Shown here: one piece after another, positions 29,019-39,272 of the stretch
Layout: each line of letters opens with the position of its first letter
How positions within the stretch are numbered: the stretch's first letter is position 1
From: Candidatus Cloacimonadota bacterium
GTDB taxonomy: Bacteria > Cloacimonadota > Cloacimonadia > G963667145
DNA length: 64,000 nucleotides
Reading direction: 5' to 3'
Assembly: GCA_963676615.1 (NCBI GenBank)
Contig: OY781092.1
Coordinates: forward strand, 992,001-1,056,000
The notes under the pieces: model-generated
What the model was told of the DNA's origin: nothing
The model's database searches: none
What the model saw: the letters and a program-made list of their open reading frames with translations, nothing else
Program-made: the position numbers and the translations under genes

Positions 29019-32000
29019 AAATAAATCTCAAGCCCGTTGATATCCCACTTTTGCATCCCCTGGCTAGAGTCCGCGCGCTCAAAACAGTCCGCCAAAGTCT
29101 CCTTTTTCAAATCCTCCAAATATCCAGCCAGCATCTGCGCCAAATCCTCGCTGTAAAAATACCGCACCCGAATTCTATCCATCACCTGAAACCCAGAATT
29201 TTTCCGCGTAAACTGAATCTTGTTGATCAGCTCGCGGGCATACCCCTCGGCAATCAGCTCGTCCGACAGCTCCGTCTGCAGCGCCACAAAAAAATCGCCA
29301 CCACTCTCCACCTGATAACCCACAAGGCTCTGAAGCTCCAGCGTCAAATCGTCCTTGTCCAGCCGATACTCTGCTTCCTCCAGCCGCACCGCAAAATCTT
29401 CGCCCTTGGCAAAAGCGCTCTGAATCGCCGCAACATCCGCCGACTGCAAAAAATCTTGCAAAGCTTTCATCTGCTTGCCCACTTTCTTGCCCACATTCTT
29501 AAAATTCGGCTTAGCAAAATACGACACAAAATCTTCGTCCACAAAATCGACCTTTTTGATGTTAATCTCCTCCAAAATAAGCTCCTGCATCCCAGCAACC
29601 ACGCTCTGCAACTTCTTGGGCAACTTAATTTGGGCAAGCGGCTGTCGCACCTTGAGCCCAGCATTATTCCGCGCAAATCGTCCCAGCGACACCACCTGAA
29701 TGACCGTATCCATCTGCTTTTCCAGCTCCAAATCGATGGCAGCCAAATCACTCTTTGGAAAAGCCGCCAAATGCACCGACTCTTCGCCCGTGAGGCTACA
29801 ATAAATATGATCCGCCAAAAACGGCGAAACTGGCGCAATCAGCTGCGTGAGCCGTGTCAAAACGGTCTGCAAAGTGTAATACGCATCCTTTTTATCATCG
29901 CTAAGCTCAAACGACCAAAACCGTTCCCGCGAGCGCCGAACATACCAATTTGAAAGCTCCTCGCACGCAAAATTCTGAATCGCACGCACCGCCTTGGTCA
30001 AATCGTAGGCGTCCATCCGATCCTGCACATACGCAATCAAACCGTTGAGCTTGGAAAAAATCCAGCGGTCGATACTCGCGCTCACCTCCCGCGGCTTCTC
30101 GACTTTGTAACCGTCGATATTCGCATAAGTCGCAAAAAACGAATAAACATTTTTGAGCGTGCCAAAAAATTTACCAGCCACCTCTTTCACGCCGCTAGCA
30201 TCAAACTTCGTCGGCACCCACGGCGGACTGCCCGCCAAAAGATACCACCGCACAGCGTCCGCTCCAAACTCGTCCATCACCTCAAACGGATTGACCGTGT
30301 TACCCTTGGACTTGCTCATCTTTTTGCCATTTTTATCCAAAATCAAATCGTTCACCAGCACATTTTTGTAAGGCGTTTGCCCTTTGATTATCGTCGAAAT
30401 CGCCAGCAGAGAATAAAACCAGCCTCTTGTCTGGTCGATACCCTCACAAATAAAATCGGCAGGAAAAAGCTCGTCGAAATTTTCTTTGTTCTCAAACGGA
30501 TAATGATGCTGGGCAAACGGCATCGCACCGCTGTCAAACCAGCAATCTATCACCTGCGGCACTCGATGCATCACGCCGCCGCATTTTGGACACTCCAGCA
30601 CAATATCGTCCACAAACGGCTTGTGCAACTCTGGATTTTCTGGCACCGCAGAACCGTCGGAAGCCAGCCGTCCTTTCGCACGCAAATCAGCCTTTGAGCC
30701 GACACTTTCTTGAGCAGCACAATCATCGCAAACCCAAACATTCAGCGGAGTCCCCCAAAAACGATCCCGCGAAATCGCCCAATCCGTATTATTCTCCAGC
30801 CAAGAACCAAAACGCCCTTCGCCCACAAACGCAGGCGCCCAGTTGACCTTTTTATTCTCCGCAATCATTTTGTCTTTATAGTCGGTCGTCTTGATATACC
30901 AGCTCATCCGCGCGTAATACAAAAGCGGGCTATCGCAGCGCCAGCAGAAAGGATAGGAGTGTTTAAAACTCTCTTTCTTCAGAAACAAACCGCGCTCCTT
31001 GAGCGAAATCACGATCTGCTTCTCGACCTCCTTATCCTTGACAAAATATCCCTCCAACATCGGAAAATTCGCGTTATACTTGCCATCTTCGCCCACGGTA
31101 TGCACCAGCGGAATGCCATTTTTTTTGCACACCTGATAATCGTCCTCACCATACATCCCCGCAGTATGCACAATCCCAGTTCCGTCCTCGGTCGTCACAA
31201 AATCGCCCGCGTAAATCTTATGCGAGTTCTCGTTCTGCAAACTCTCCACCGCAAAAAGCGGCTCGTACTCTTGCCCCAAAAGCGCATCGCCCTTGAACTC
31301 CTGCACGATTTTATACTCATCGTCCAGCACCTTCAGCAAATTTTTCGCCAAAATATAAAACTCGCCCTGGCACTCAACCTTCACATAATCGATCTGCGCT
31401 CCAACCACCAAAGCCACATTCCCCGCAAGCGTCCACGGCGTCGTCGTCCACGCCAAAAAATAGGTGTTCGCCTGATCTTTTTTGCGAAATTTGATAAAAA
31501 CCGACGACTCGCTAACATCTTTATAACCAAGAGCCACCTCGTGCGAAGACAGCGGCGTCCCGCATTTCGGGCAAAACGGCACGACCTTGTGTCCCTGATA
31601 CAAAAGCCCCTTTTCCCACATCTGCTGCAGTAGCCACCAAACCGACTCTATATAATCGTTGTCCAGCGTGATATACGGATTGTCCAAATCGATTTCGTAG
31701 CCCATCTGCTGCGTCATCTTCCGCCACAACTTCTCGTAGCTAAAAACCGACTCGCGGCACTTTTGGTTAAACTCCTGCACGCCATAATCCAAAATCTTCT
31801 TCCGATCGTCCAACCCCAGCTGCTTCTGCACCTCAATCTCCACAGGCAAACCGTGCGTATCCCAGCCGGCCTTTCGCTTCACACGAAAACCCTGCATCGT
31901 CTTATATCGACACACCGTATCCTTGATCGAGCGCGCCATCACATGATGAATTCCGGGCTTGCCGTTGGCAGTAGGAGGTCCCTCAAAAAAGATAAAATCT

Positions 32001-32110
32001 TCGCTTCCCTTGGCACTGCTCTTGCCCAAAATATCTATCTGCTCCCATTTTTTCGCCACTTCCGCCTCAATCCTAGCGCTCTTTTTTTTGGGATCAATCG
32101 GTTCATACAT
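29000..32110 (-). CDS. ileS: Isoleucyl-tRNA synthetase (long, type 2-like)
   Basis: EGPPTANG.PGIHH, GWDTHGLPVE, WTTTPWTL, EGIDQTRGWF, KMSKS. Confidence 0.97.
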   Translation of the reverse strand: MYEPIDPKKKSARIEAEVAKKWEQIDILGKSSAKGSEDFIFFEGPPTANGKPGIHHVMARSIKDTVCRYKTMQGFRVKRKAGWDTHGLPVEIEVQKQLGLDDRKKILDYGVQEFNQKCRESVFSYEKLWRKMTQQMGYEIDLDNPYITLDNDYIESVWWLLQQMWEKGLLYQGHKVVPFCPKCGTPLSSHEVALGYKDVSESSVFIKFRKKDQANTYFLAWTTTPWTLAGNVALVVGAQIDYVKVECQGEFYILAKNLLKVLDDEYKIVQEFKGDALLGQEYEPLFAVESLQNENSHKIYAGDFVTTEDGTGIVHTAGMYGEDDYQVCKKNGIPLVHTVGEDGKYNANFPMLEGYFVKDKEVEKQIVISLKERGLFLKKESFKHSYPFCWRCDSPLLYYARMSWYIKTTDYKDKMIAENKKVNWAPAFVGEGRFGSWLENNTDWAISRDRFWGTPLNVWVCDDCAAQESVGSKADLRAKGRLASDGSAVPENPELHKPFVDDIVLECPKCGGVMHRVPQVIDCWFDSGAMPFAQHHYPFENKENFDELFPADFICEGIDQTRGWFYSLLAISTIIKGQTPYKNVLVNDLILDKNGKKMSKSKGNTVNPFEVMDEFGADAVRWYLLAGSPPWVPTKFDASGVKEVAGKFFGTLKNVYSFFATYANIDGYKVEKPREVSASIDRWIFSKLNGLIAYVQDRMDAYDLTKAVRAIQNFACEELSNWYVRRSRERFWSFELSDDKKDAYYTLQTVLTRLTQLIAPVSPFLADHIYCSLTGEESVHLAAFPKSDLAAIDLELEKQMDTVIQVVSLGRFARNNAGLKVRQPLAQIKLPKKLQSVVAGMQELILEEINIKKVDFVDEDFVSYFAKPNFKNVGKKVGKQMKALQDFLQSADVAAIQSAFAKGEDFAVRLEEAEYRLDKDDLTLELQSLVGYQVESGGDFFVALQTELSDELIAEGYARELINKIQFTRKNSGFQVMDRIRVRYFYSEDLAQMLAGYLEDLKKETLADCFERADSSQGMQKWDINGLEIYLQVERV

Positions 32111-32239
32111 TGCAATCCTCCTGCTTTTCCAAACAAAATTTCTTCACATTAAAACTTTCGTCTCTTCATTTCTGTCAAGAGTTGTTTTGGCGCTACAAGA
32201 GAATTTCTCCCAAAAGCGTTACTTTTATTCAGCATTTTT

Positions 32240-32716
32240 TTATTGGTCTTGACACAAATAGAGAAATTTATCGAATTGGGAAAAGGTTAGAAAAGGGAAT
32301 AAATGGACAAAATGTTGGATATAACACCAAATTGGAAGGCTAAACGATATGTGGAGTTTGGTTAGTTGTGATAAAACATTTAAGGAGACTGACATAACTA
32401 TGAATGGATTCCAAAGACCTGCACCAAAAACGAGAGATTCAATAAAAAATTTTTGCAAATCAATAGATTGTGAAGTTGGGGCACAAACAATTAATAGCAT
32501 AATAGAATAATCAGACCTAATTTAGTGATTTTTGTGTCAAAATTTTCTTGGGACAAATTAAGGTGCAAAATTCCAAAATCAGAATTAAAGGTGAAATATG
32601 ACTTTGTTTGTCATCCAGGAACAGGCGGTCTTTATTGGCATAATAAGAATTATAATCACGGTGTGAAAAAATTTAAATCATTATATAGAAGAGAAAATAA
32701 TAAAGCCCTCAAATAA
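32240..32716 (+). pseudogene. Degraded gene-cassette ORF remnant
   Basis: AT-rich, coding-like segments broken by frameshifts (...FQRPAP...IIE / IRPNLVIFVSKF...FVCHPG...); the final TAA coincides with the TAAC of the attC-like site. Confidence 0.4.
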
Positions 32717-32841
32717 CATTTTGTATAAGTAATGGCAAGCAATGTGGTAAATATTAAGGCTTGTAGCCCGATCAAACTACGTAGCGGTTTAATAGGTTTG
32801 CTCTCCGAAATGCCAAACATTTCATATACTCACCGTTAGGC
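32711..32841 (+). mobile_element. attC-like integron cassette recombination site
   Basis: Opens with TAAC (32714-32717), closes with GTTAGGC (GTTRRRY, 32835-32841); imperfect inner inverted arms GTATAAGTAATGGCA / TGCCAAACATTTCATATAC; about 130 bp. Confidence 0.6.
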
Positions 32842-33016
32842 ATAAGCTAAAAAAAACAGCGAATATAAAATATAAACTAAGAATTATTAAAAAAATCAAT
32901 GCACAAACACACATTTAGTTTTGCCGACCAGAAAACCAAACCCTGAAAAACCCAAAGAGCTATTTTTTAGCCAGCGCACGAAAAATAATTATAAATTTGT
33001 AATTAAAGAGTTTAAA

Positions 33017-35209
33017 ATGAGTATAGAACAAGGAATTAATTCCATACGAGAAAGTAATAAAAAGGTTGAAACTCAACAATGGTTTCAAAAACTTATTCAG
33101 ACAGATGAATATGTTGGTGATTTGTATTCCATAAACTATGAAACTGCGCGAGTAATAATTCATGACTTCTACAGAGAAAAAGTAGGAGGAATTCCAAGTT
33201 TGAGTTTCTTAATTGCTTCAAGAGTTGACCCAAATAATTCAGAAATTGACTTTAAAACAGAGGATGCATCATTTATTCTTTTAAGAGTAATGGATGCAGC
33301 TGCACTTCCACAAGACAGAGAAGCTGAAAGAATTAGAGTTGAAACAGCACAAAGAATAAGTGGTGAAACTGAAAAAAATTGGGATGAAGCAGGTTCAATG
33401 GATTTAAGAACAAAAAATCTGTTAAGTTTTGCTGGTGTGCAATGCAGAATAATCGGAACATTTTATCTCGAAGAAAATGGACAAAATGGAGAAGCACCAC
33501 TTAATTTAAAATTCGGTAGTGACATTTCAAATTATTATCCAAACAGAGGATTAAAAGTTTATAAACCAAATGGAAAGGCTCTTGAGTTAATTGTAAATTA
33601 TTCTGACCCTTCAAATATTCAAGCACACATTGAAAAATATGGAAATACAGAAAATGTAAAATTGGGTTTTGTAAGATATGCTTCAACAAATAGGAAATAT
33701 CAGCAAATTGATGATGTCCCTGTTTATATTTATCCAGCAGACCTTCTATCTCAAAAATCTGCCTTGTTTGGAATGACAAGAACAGGGAAATCCAATACTA
33801 CTAAAATAATTGCGAAATCTGTTTTTGAATTACGAAATGCACAACAGTCTGGAGAAAAGCCATTAAGAATTGGGCAAATAATTTTTGACCCTAACGGTGA
33901 ATATGCAAATGAAAACACACAGGATAAGGATGGCAGTGGAAATCCAAATGCACTCAAAAATATTTGGAAAAAAAACGAAACTTTAAAAAATGTAGCTGAT
34001 AACTTAAAACAACAATATATCCAAGAGAAAGACATTGAAGATAAAAAAAGACTATGGAATGAAATTAAGACGTTGATTGATTCTGAAGTGGTTACTTTTG
34101 GTATTTTACCTCATCCAAATGATCCTGGCAGGAAGAGAATGCTACTAAATTTCTATCTTGATGATAATTTACCTATTGGTAAAGAAATTATAAATTCTCT
34201 TTTGTCTGACGATACCACAATATATATAAAGAATTTTTTGCAGGTAAATTTGGAAAAACCTGACGAAAATGATAAGAGTGCAATGACAAGATATAAGAGA
34301 AGAGTTTTAGCATATCGTTCAGTTCTTGCACGAGCAGGTTTTCCTGTACCAGAAAAATTTAATGTTTCAGTAAAAAGTTTGTTTAATAAGGATTTATTGA
34401 ATGCGATGGAAAATAGTAAAAGTGATAATTCGGTAGAATATAAATCTGGGGCAAAAGTTTTTAAAGAAGAGAATCCTACTTTGCAACAATTAGCTGGTGC
34501 ATTTGAATCACTTGATAAATTTATTCGCGAAAATAAAGAATACAAAATTTTTGAAACTGATTATGTTCAAAATTCAAAATCAGGTAATGCTTGGGCGGAT
34601 GAGGATTTGAAAAAAATTATTGGGATTTTCCAATATCCAAATGGTACACGAAAAATTGGTAAAGCAGTAGAGCAACATAGTGCTGATACAACATGTGACT
34701 ATGCAGATGATATTTATAATGATTTAAAAAACGGGAAACTTGTAATTATTGATCAGTCAAGTGGAGATTCAGAGTTAAATGAGTCTTCAGCAAAAAGAGT
34801 GATGAAAAAAATATTTGATGAAAATAAAAATCTTTTTACATTGGGGAAAATTCCCCCCGATATAATGGTATATGTTGAAGAGGCACATAATATTTTACCA
34901 TCTGATAAAGAAAAAGACTTAAAAGACATTTGGGTAAGAACAGCAAAAGAAGGAGCTAAATTGCATATAGGACTTGTTTACGCTACCCAAGAAGTAAGTA
35001 GTATTCAAAGAAATATTTTAAAAAATACAGCGAATTGGTTTATAAGCCATTTAAACAATACAGATGAAACCAAAGAACTCTGCAAGTACTATGACTTTGC
35101 AGACTTTGAACCGTCAATAAGGCGAGCACAGGATAAGGGCTTTTTAAGAGTTAAAACATTAAGCAATCTGTTTGTAATTCCTGTTCAAGTTGACAAATTT
35201 GAGGTTTAA
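33017..35209 (+). CDS. HerA/FtsK-family ATPase (DUF87)
   Basis: Walker A FGMTRTGKS, IIFDPNGEY, Walker B VYVEEAHN, AKEGAK, LVYATQ; N-terminal HAS-barrel-like region. Confidence 0.88.
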   Translation: MSIEQGINSIRESNKKVETQQWFQKLIQTDEYVGDLYSINYETARVIIHDFYREKVGGIPSLSFLIASRVDPNNSEIDFKTEDASFILLRVMDAAALPQDREAERIRVETAQRISGETEKNWDEAGSMDLRTKNLLSFAGVQCRIIGTFYLEENGQNGEAPLNLKFGSDISNYYPNRGLKVYKPNGKALELIVNYSDPSNIQAHIEKYGNTENVKLGFVRYASTNRKYQQIDDVPVYIYPADLLSQKSALFGMTRTGKSNTTKIIAKSVFELRNAQQSGEKPLRIGQIIFDPNGEYANENTQDKDGSGNPNALKNIWKKNETLKNVADNLKQQYIQEKDIEDKKRLWNEIKTLIDSEVVTFGILPHPNDPGRKRMLLNFYLDDNLPIGKEIINSLLSDDTTIYIKNFLQVNLEKPDENDKSAMTRYKRRVLAYRSVLARAGFPVPEKFNVSVKSLFNKDLLNAMENSKSDNSVEYKSGAKVFKEENPTLQQLAGAFESLDKFIRENKEYKIFETDYVQNSKSGNAWADEDLKKIIGIFQYPNGTRKIGKAVEQHSADTTCDYADDIYNDLKNGKLVIIDQSSGDSELNESSAKRVMKKIFDENKNLFTLGKIPPDIMVYVEEAHNILPSDKEKDLKDIWVRTAKEGAKLHIGLVYATQEVSSIQRNILKNTANWFISHLNNTDETKELCKYYDFADFEPSIRRAQDKGFLRVKTLSNLFVIPVQVDKFEV

Positions 35210-35220
35210 ACAGTATTTAT

Positions 35221-36609
35221 ATGGGATTTGAAGGAGAATTTGCCAGTTATGAGCCATTAAGGCGAATGCTTGATAGTGATAAAGTTAAATCACTCCAAGA
35301 CAGACTGAAAATACGAAAACAAGAAGAAGAAACAGATACTTTTACTGGCTCAATTGTTAAAAAGTCAGACTTGACTGAAAGTTCAATTCAACCAGATTTA
35401 GTTTTAGCTATTGATGGAAGTAATTTAGTGGCTAAAGCTGAAAATGGTTTCCCAGGTGCAGAATTTGGTTATATTACAATAGCTTCTGTTTTAATAGATT
35501 TAAAGTTAATAGACAATTTAGAAAAGAAAAAGTTTATTGATCCAAAAAAAGTTAGAGAAACTGAAAAGGCATCAACAATAGAAAGTGTTTTTCCTGGGTG
35601 CAATGTAATATTAGATAACGAAAAAAATGCAAAAGCTTCAATTCGAAGAGCATTATTTGAAGAATTAAAAAGCAATACAATATTTGCGAATGGCGGAGAA
35701 ACCTTATTGGGTACATACGAATATTTGTTCAGAATAAAGAGGGAATATTTCTCCGAAATCCGCCTTCCAAGAAGCCCTATTGATGGTATTGATGATGAAA
35801 TGACTTATGGATATGGTGAATATAATTGCCCTCATTCAGGAGAAAAACTATACTCAACTGATGCTTTGCGCTTACACGAATTAATGAATCCTGGTGGAAC
35901 TAATGGAGAAATGTTTGGGCAAATAATGTCAACTCTTGAAAAACTTTGGTTAGTTCACATACTTAGAGCCTTTGAACAAAAAAAATGGTTGTCAACACTT
36001 CGGAGAGTAGCATTTATTATGGATGGGCCATTAGCTGTATTTAGTACTTCATCATGGTTAACTAAAGTAATTAATTATGAATTAAATAGACTAAATGATT
36101 TGCAGAAAGCAGTTAACGGTCAGGATTTATTAATTATCGGTATTGAAAAATCAGGGACATTCGTAAATCATTTCGAGGAAATTGATACGACTAAAGATGG
36201 AGTTAGAGATAAATTCCCTAAACAATCAGCATTACTTCTTGATGATGGATATATAAAAAGAAATATTATTTTTTCTGAAAGCATAAAACCATATGGTCAG
36301 GACACCTATTTTGGAAGGAAAATATTTTATAAAACTGCCTCTGGACAAAAAATAGTTGCTGCAACTGCATTTTTGAGAAGCTTTTCTTCAGATAAAGAAT
36401 TTTCCGAATATTTAGATTCTAGTAATCCTGTTAATTTTTCAAGACTTCCAGATGTTATGAATTTACTTGATAAATTGGTTTCAAGTAGATACCCAAATTC
36501 CGTTTCACCTTTAGTATCAGCTCATGCAGAAGCAGCAATTCCTTTAAATTTAGGTAAACGTATATTTGAGGATATTGCAAGAGAAATAAGAGAAAATTCA
36601 AAACTATGA
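35221..36609 (+). CDS. NurA-like nuclease (RNase H fold)
   Basis: LAIDGS, IMDGPL, GIEKS, YP...AH motifs in NurA order; adjacent to HerA. Confidence 0.75.
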   Translation: MGFEGEFASYEPLRRMLDSDKVKSLQDRLKIRKQEEETDTFTGSIVKKSDLTESSIQPDLVLAIDGSNLVAKAENGFPGAEFGYITIASVLIDLKLIDNLEKKKFIDPKKVRETEKASTIESVFPGCNVILDNEKNAKASIRRALFEELKSNTIFANGGETLLGTYEYLFRIKREYFSEIRLPRSPIDGIDDEMTYGYGEYNCPHSGEKLYSTDALRLHELMNPGGTNGEMFGQIMSTLEKLWLVHILRAFEQKKWLSTLRRVAFIMDGPLAVFSTSSWLTKVINYELNRLNDLQKAVNGQDLLIIGIEKSGTFVNHFEEIDTTKDGVRDKFPKQSALLLDDGYIKRNIIFSESIKPYGQDTYFGRKIFYKTASGQKIVAATAFLRSFSSDKEFSEYLDSSNPVNFSRLPDVMNLLDKLVSSRYPNSVSPLVSAHAEAAIPLNLGKRIFEDIAREIRENSKL

Positions 36610-37733
36610 TAGTTTTAAATGATGTTTTAAAAGGGCGTAGTACTGCAGAAGCACGATGGGCAAGATTTGGTCCATATTATGCGATGTTTCCTGTAGATTT
36701 TGCTTTTGAAGTTGTTCAAAAATATTCAAAAGAGGGTGATTATATAATAGATCCTTTTGCTGGAAGATGCAGTAGTATATATGCTGGGGGTGTTCTTGGT
36801 CGAGTTAGTTTAGGAATTGAAATTAATCCAGTTGGATGGCTTTTTGGAAAAGTAAAACTTCGACCTGCAAAAAAAGATCTTGTAATTGCAAGGTTGCTTG
36901 AGATTTATAAAAAAAGAGATTGTTATAGTTTAGCAATTGAAAAAATGCTTGAATTTTATCGTATTTGTTATTGTGATGAGGTTTTAAAATTTTTATTAGC
37001 AGCAAGAGAAAATCTTGATTGGGAAAATAACAGTATTGATGCTTCCCTTATGTCTATTCTTTTGGTTTACTTACATGGTAAATTAGGAGAAGGCTTGTCA
37101 AATCAAATGAGAATGACAAAATCAATGGGAATGAACTATTCTGTTAAGTGGTGGAAGAAGAATGGTTTTATAAATCCGCCTGAAATTAATCCTTATGAAT
37201 TTATTCTTAAGAAGATTGAATGGAGGTATGAAAAAGGTACACCAAGTATTACTGAAAGTGATGTTGTTTTTGGAGATAGCACTATTGAATTAAAAAAAAT
37301 TGTCCAAAGAGCAGAGAGAAATAATATAAAATTTTCTTTACTTTTTACATCTCCGCCTTATTATTCAATTACGAATTATCATGCTGATCAATGGCTTAGA
37401 ATATGGCTTTTAGGTGGGGCAGAAAATCCTCATTCATTTAATGCCAAATATAAAGGACGCTTTGGAAATAAACAAGAATATTATAATTTGCTTGATAGTG
37501 TATTTGGATATTCTTCTAAATTAATGGGGAAAGATAGTGCAATTTATGTTCGCACAGATAAAAGAGAATTTACTTTTAATTCAACTTTAGAAATATTAAA
37601 AAAACATTTTCCACATCATAAAATACAACTTATTGAAAAACCACTGGATAATAATACTAAAACACAAACTAAATTATATGGAGATAAATCAATAAAGCCA
37701 GGGGAAGTAGATATAATATTGACAATAAAGTAA
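36606..37733 (+). CDS. Amino-DNA methyltransferase (SPPY type, probably N4-cytosine, alpha motif order)
   Basis: PYYAMFP, motif I IIDPFAGR, GIEINP, motif IV FTSPPYY; ATGA overlap with the NurA stop. Confidence 0.85.
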   Translation: MIVLNDVLKGRSTAEARWARFGPYYAMFPVDFAFEVVQKYSKEGDYIIDPFAGRCSSIYAGGVLGRVSLGIEINPVGWLFGKVKLRPAKKDLVIARLLEIYKKRDCYSLAIEKMLEFYRICYCDEVLKFLLAARENLDWENNSIDASLMSILLVYLHGKLGEGLSNQMRMTKSMGMNYSVKWWKKNGFINPPEINPYEFILKKIEWRYEKGTPSITESDVVFGDSTIELKKIVQRAERNNIKFSLLFTSPPYYSITNYHADQWLRIWLLGGAENPHSFNAKYKGRFGNKQEYYNLLDSVFGYSSKLMGKDSAIYVRTDKREFTFNSTLEILKKHFPHHKIQLIEKPLDNNTKTQTKLYGDKSIKPGEVDIILTIK

Positions 37734-37954
37734 AGTCAATGCTAAAGCCAATCACATTTGCAATTCACACAGACCACCTCTTGACCCAAAATTGCAAAAG
37801 AATATTTCTCACCAATGCACCGTAGAAAGTGAAAATAGTAGCAAATTTGAAAGATAAAATGATTGCTCTAAAAGAAATTAGAAAAGGTTCAAGACAACAT
37901 TACAAGTGTTAGACACAAGCTAGCTGTCTTGACCCAAAAAACCTTCTCTTCAAT

Positions 37955-37988
37955 AAAAAAAGAGCCTCCAAAAAAATGAAGACTCTTT
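37955..37988 (-). terminator. Intrinsic terminator after the amino acid permease
   Basis: Minus strand AGAGTCTTCA-loop-TGGAGGCTCT followed by a T-run. Confidence 0.7.
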
Positions 37989-38015
37989 AAGTTTTTTAAG
38001 ATTTTAAAATCAGCT

Positions 38016-39272
38016 CTATTTAATAAATTCAAGAAACGGCGAAAGAAACAGCAAAATACCAGTAAGAATTACAATAAACGGAACAACTCCACGATATTTC
38101 TTAAACCTATCCAACTTATACACAAGCAAAGTTGGGATAAAACATCCAATTACAGCAAAAAATGGGCTGCATATACTCGTAAAATAAAGTATAGGGAAAT
38201 TCGATAAAGCTGGAAGCCAAGCAATAATCACAATAAATATGATAATGTAAATTGAGACTTTGCGCATATTGATCATATTTCTAGGGACTTTTCTGAAAAA
38301 AGTGTTAATAGTTATACCAGTACAAGCTTCATAAAATCCAAGCATAACACCAAAAAAAGAAGTAACAACAGCACACAAATCAAGAGCAACACCCATTGAT
38401 GGAATCGTTATTCCTGGTATTACTTCTGCCATAAGAGCAAGAAATGAGGTATTGTCCTTAAAAGCCAATGCAGCTTCTGAATGGTCTATCGCCAATGTAC
38501 ACGAAAGAGCAAAAAAGAAAACAATGATAGCAAGAATAACAAACGCAGTGTTCATTATCTTTAAAGACTTCAACCTAGCCATTTCTCTATCTTCATTCCG
38601 ATTCTTAACCGAAAGAACCATTGGACTCAAAGACTGAAGAAAAAGTATGGAAGTCATCGCAAAAGGAAGAGTTATGATTACATTTTTCACTATTTCCCAA
38701 AACGACGGAAGCGCCATAATGTTCTTAATGTCCCAATATGGAATTATCAAAAAACTCAGCACAATAAGAATTGCTAAAATGATAATGACAAGCACTTTAG
38801 AAATGTTTAACAACAATTTTCGACTTTTAAAAGCAAAAAATACAAGTAGTGAAATCAGCGCCAGAGAATACAAAGGATTATGATTAAGAAATCCCTTGGT
38901 CCAGCCAGCAGTATGAATATACGATGCGCTATCGTTTGTGATGGTCTCACTATAAATGAAAACCCATAGCAAAAGCATTATAAAGTAAATTATTCCCAAC
39001 ACAACACCCCATTTTTTCCCAAGATACTCCCCGATGATTGTTGGATAATCGTCGGAAGAATCTGCCTCAGCCACGGTATTGACAAAAAGGCGTTGAAAAA
39101 GATACAAACCAGGATACGCAACCAATACTGTAATTAAAAATGTCCACAATCCGACCAAACCTGCCTGAATAGGCAAAAACACGATACCTGCCCCCACTCC
39201 CATTCCAATAGTTACCGCAACATAACCCCAATCCCAAGAGTCTAGCTTAACGATTTTTTTTTCATTTTTCAT
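38016..39272 (-). CDS. HAAAP-family amino acid permease (SdaC/TdcC/YhaO-like)
   Basis: GMGVGAGIVFLPIQAG, about 11 hydrophobic segments, TSFFG. Confidence 0.85.
   Translation of the reverse strand: MKNEKKIVKLDSWDWGYVAVTIGMGVGAGIVFLPIQAGLVGLWTFLITVLVAYPGLYLFQRLFVNTVAEADSSDDYPTIIGEYLGKKWGVVLGIIYFIMLLLWVFIYSETITNDSASYIHTAGWTKGFLNHNPLYSLALISLLVFFAFKSRKLLLNISKVLVIIILAILIVLSFLIIPYWDIKNIMALPSFWEIVKNVIITLPFAMTSILFLQSLSPMVLSVKNRNEDREMARLKSLKIMNTAFVILAIIVFFFALSCTLAIDHSEAALAFKDNTSFLALMAEVIPGITIPSMGVALDLCAVVTSFFGVMLGFYEACTGITINTFFRKVPRNMINMRKVSIYIIIFIVIIAWLPALSNFPILYFTSICSPFFAVIGCFIPTLLVYKLDRFKKYRGVVPFIVILTGILLFLSPFLEFIK

Noticed and set aside
36606..37733. Classical Type II restriction-modification system
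   Set aside because: No adjacent PD-(D/E)xK, HNH or GIY-YIG endonuclease ORF is recognisable; the neighbours are HerA and NurA.
32246..37940. TCTTGAC(A/C)CAAA at about 32247, 37779 and 37927 as island att or target repeats
   Set aside because: Short, imperfect, present three times and indistinguishable from the CTTGAC -35-like motif common in this genome; no integrase nearby.
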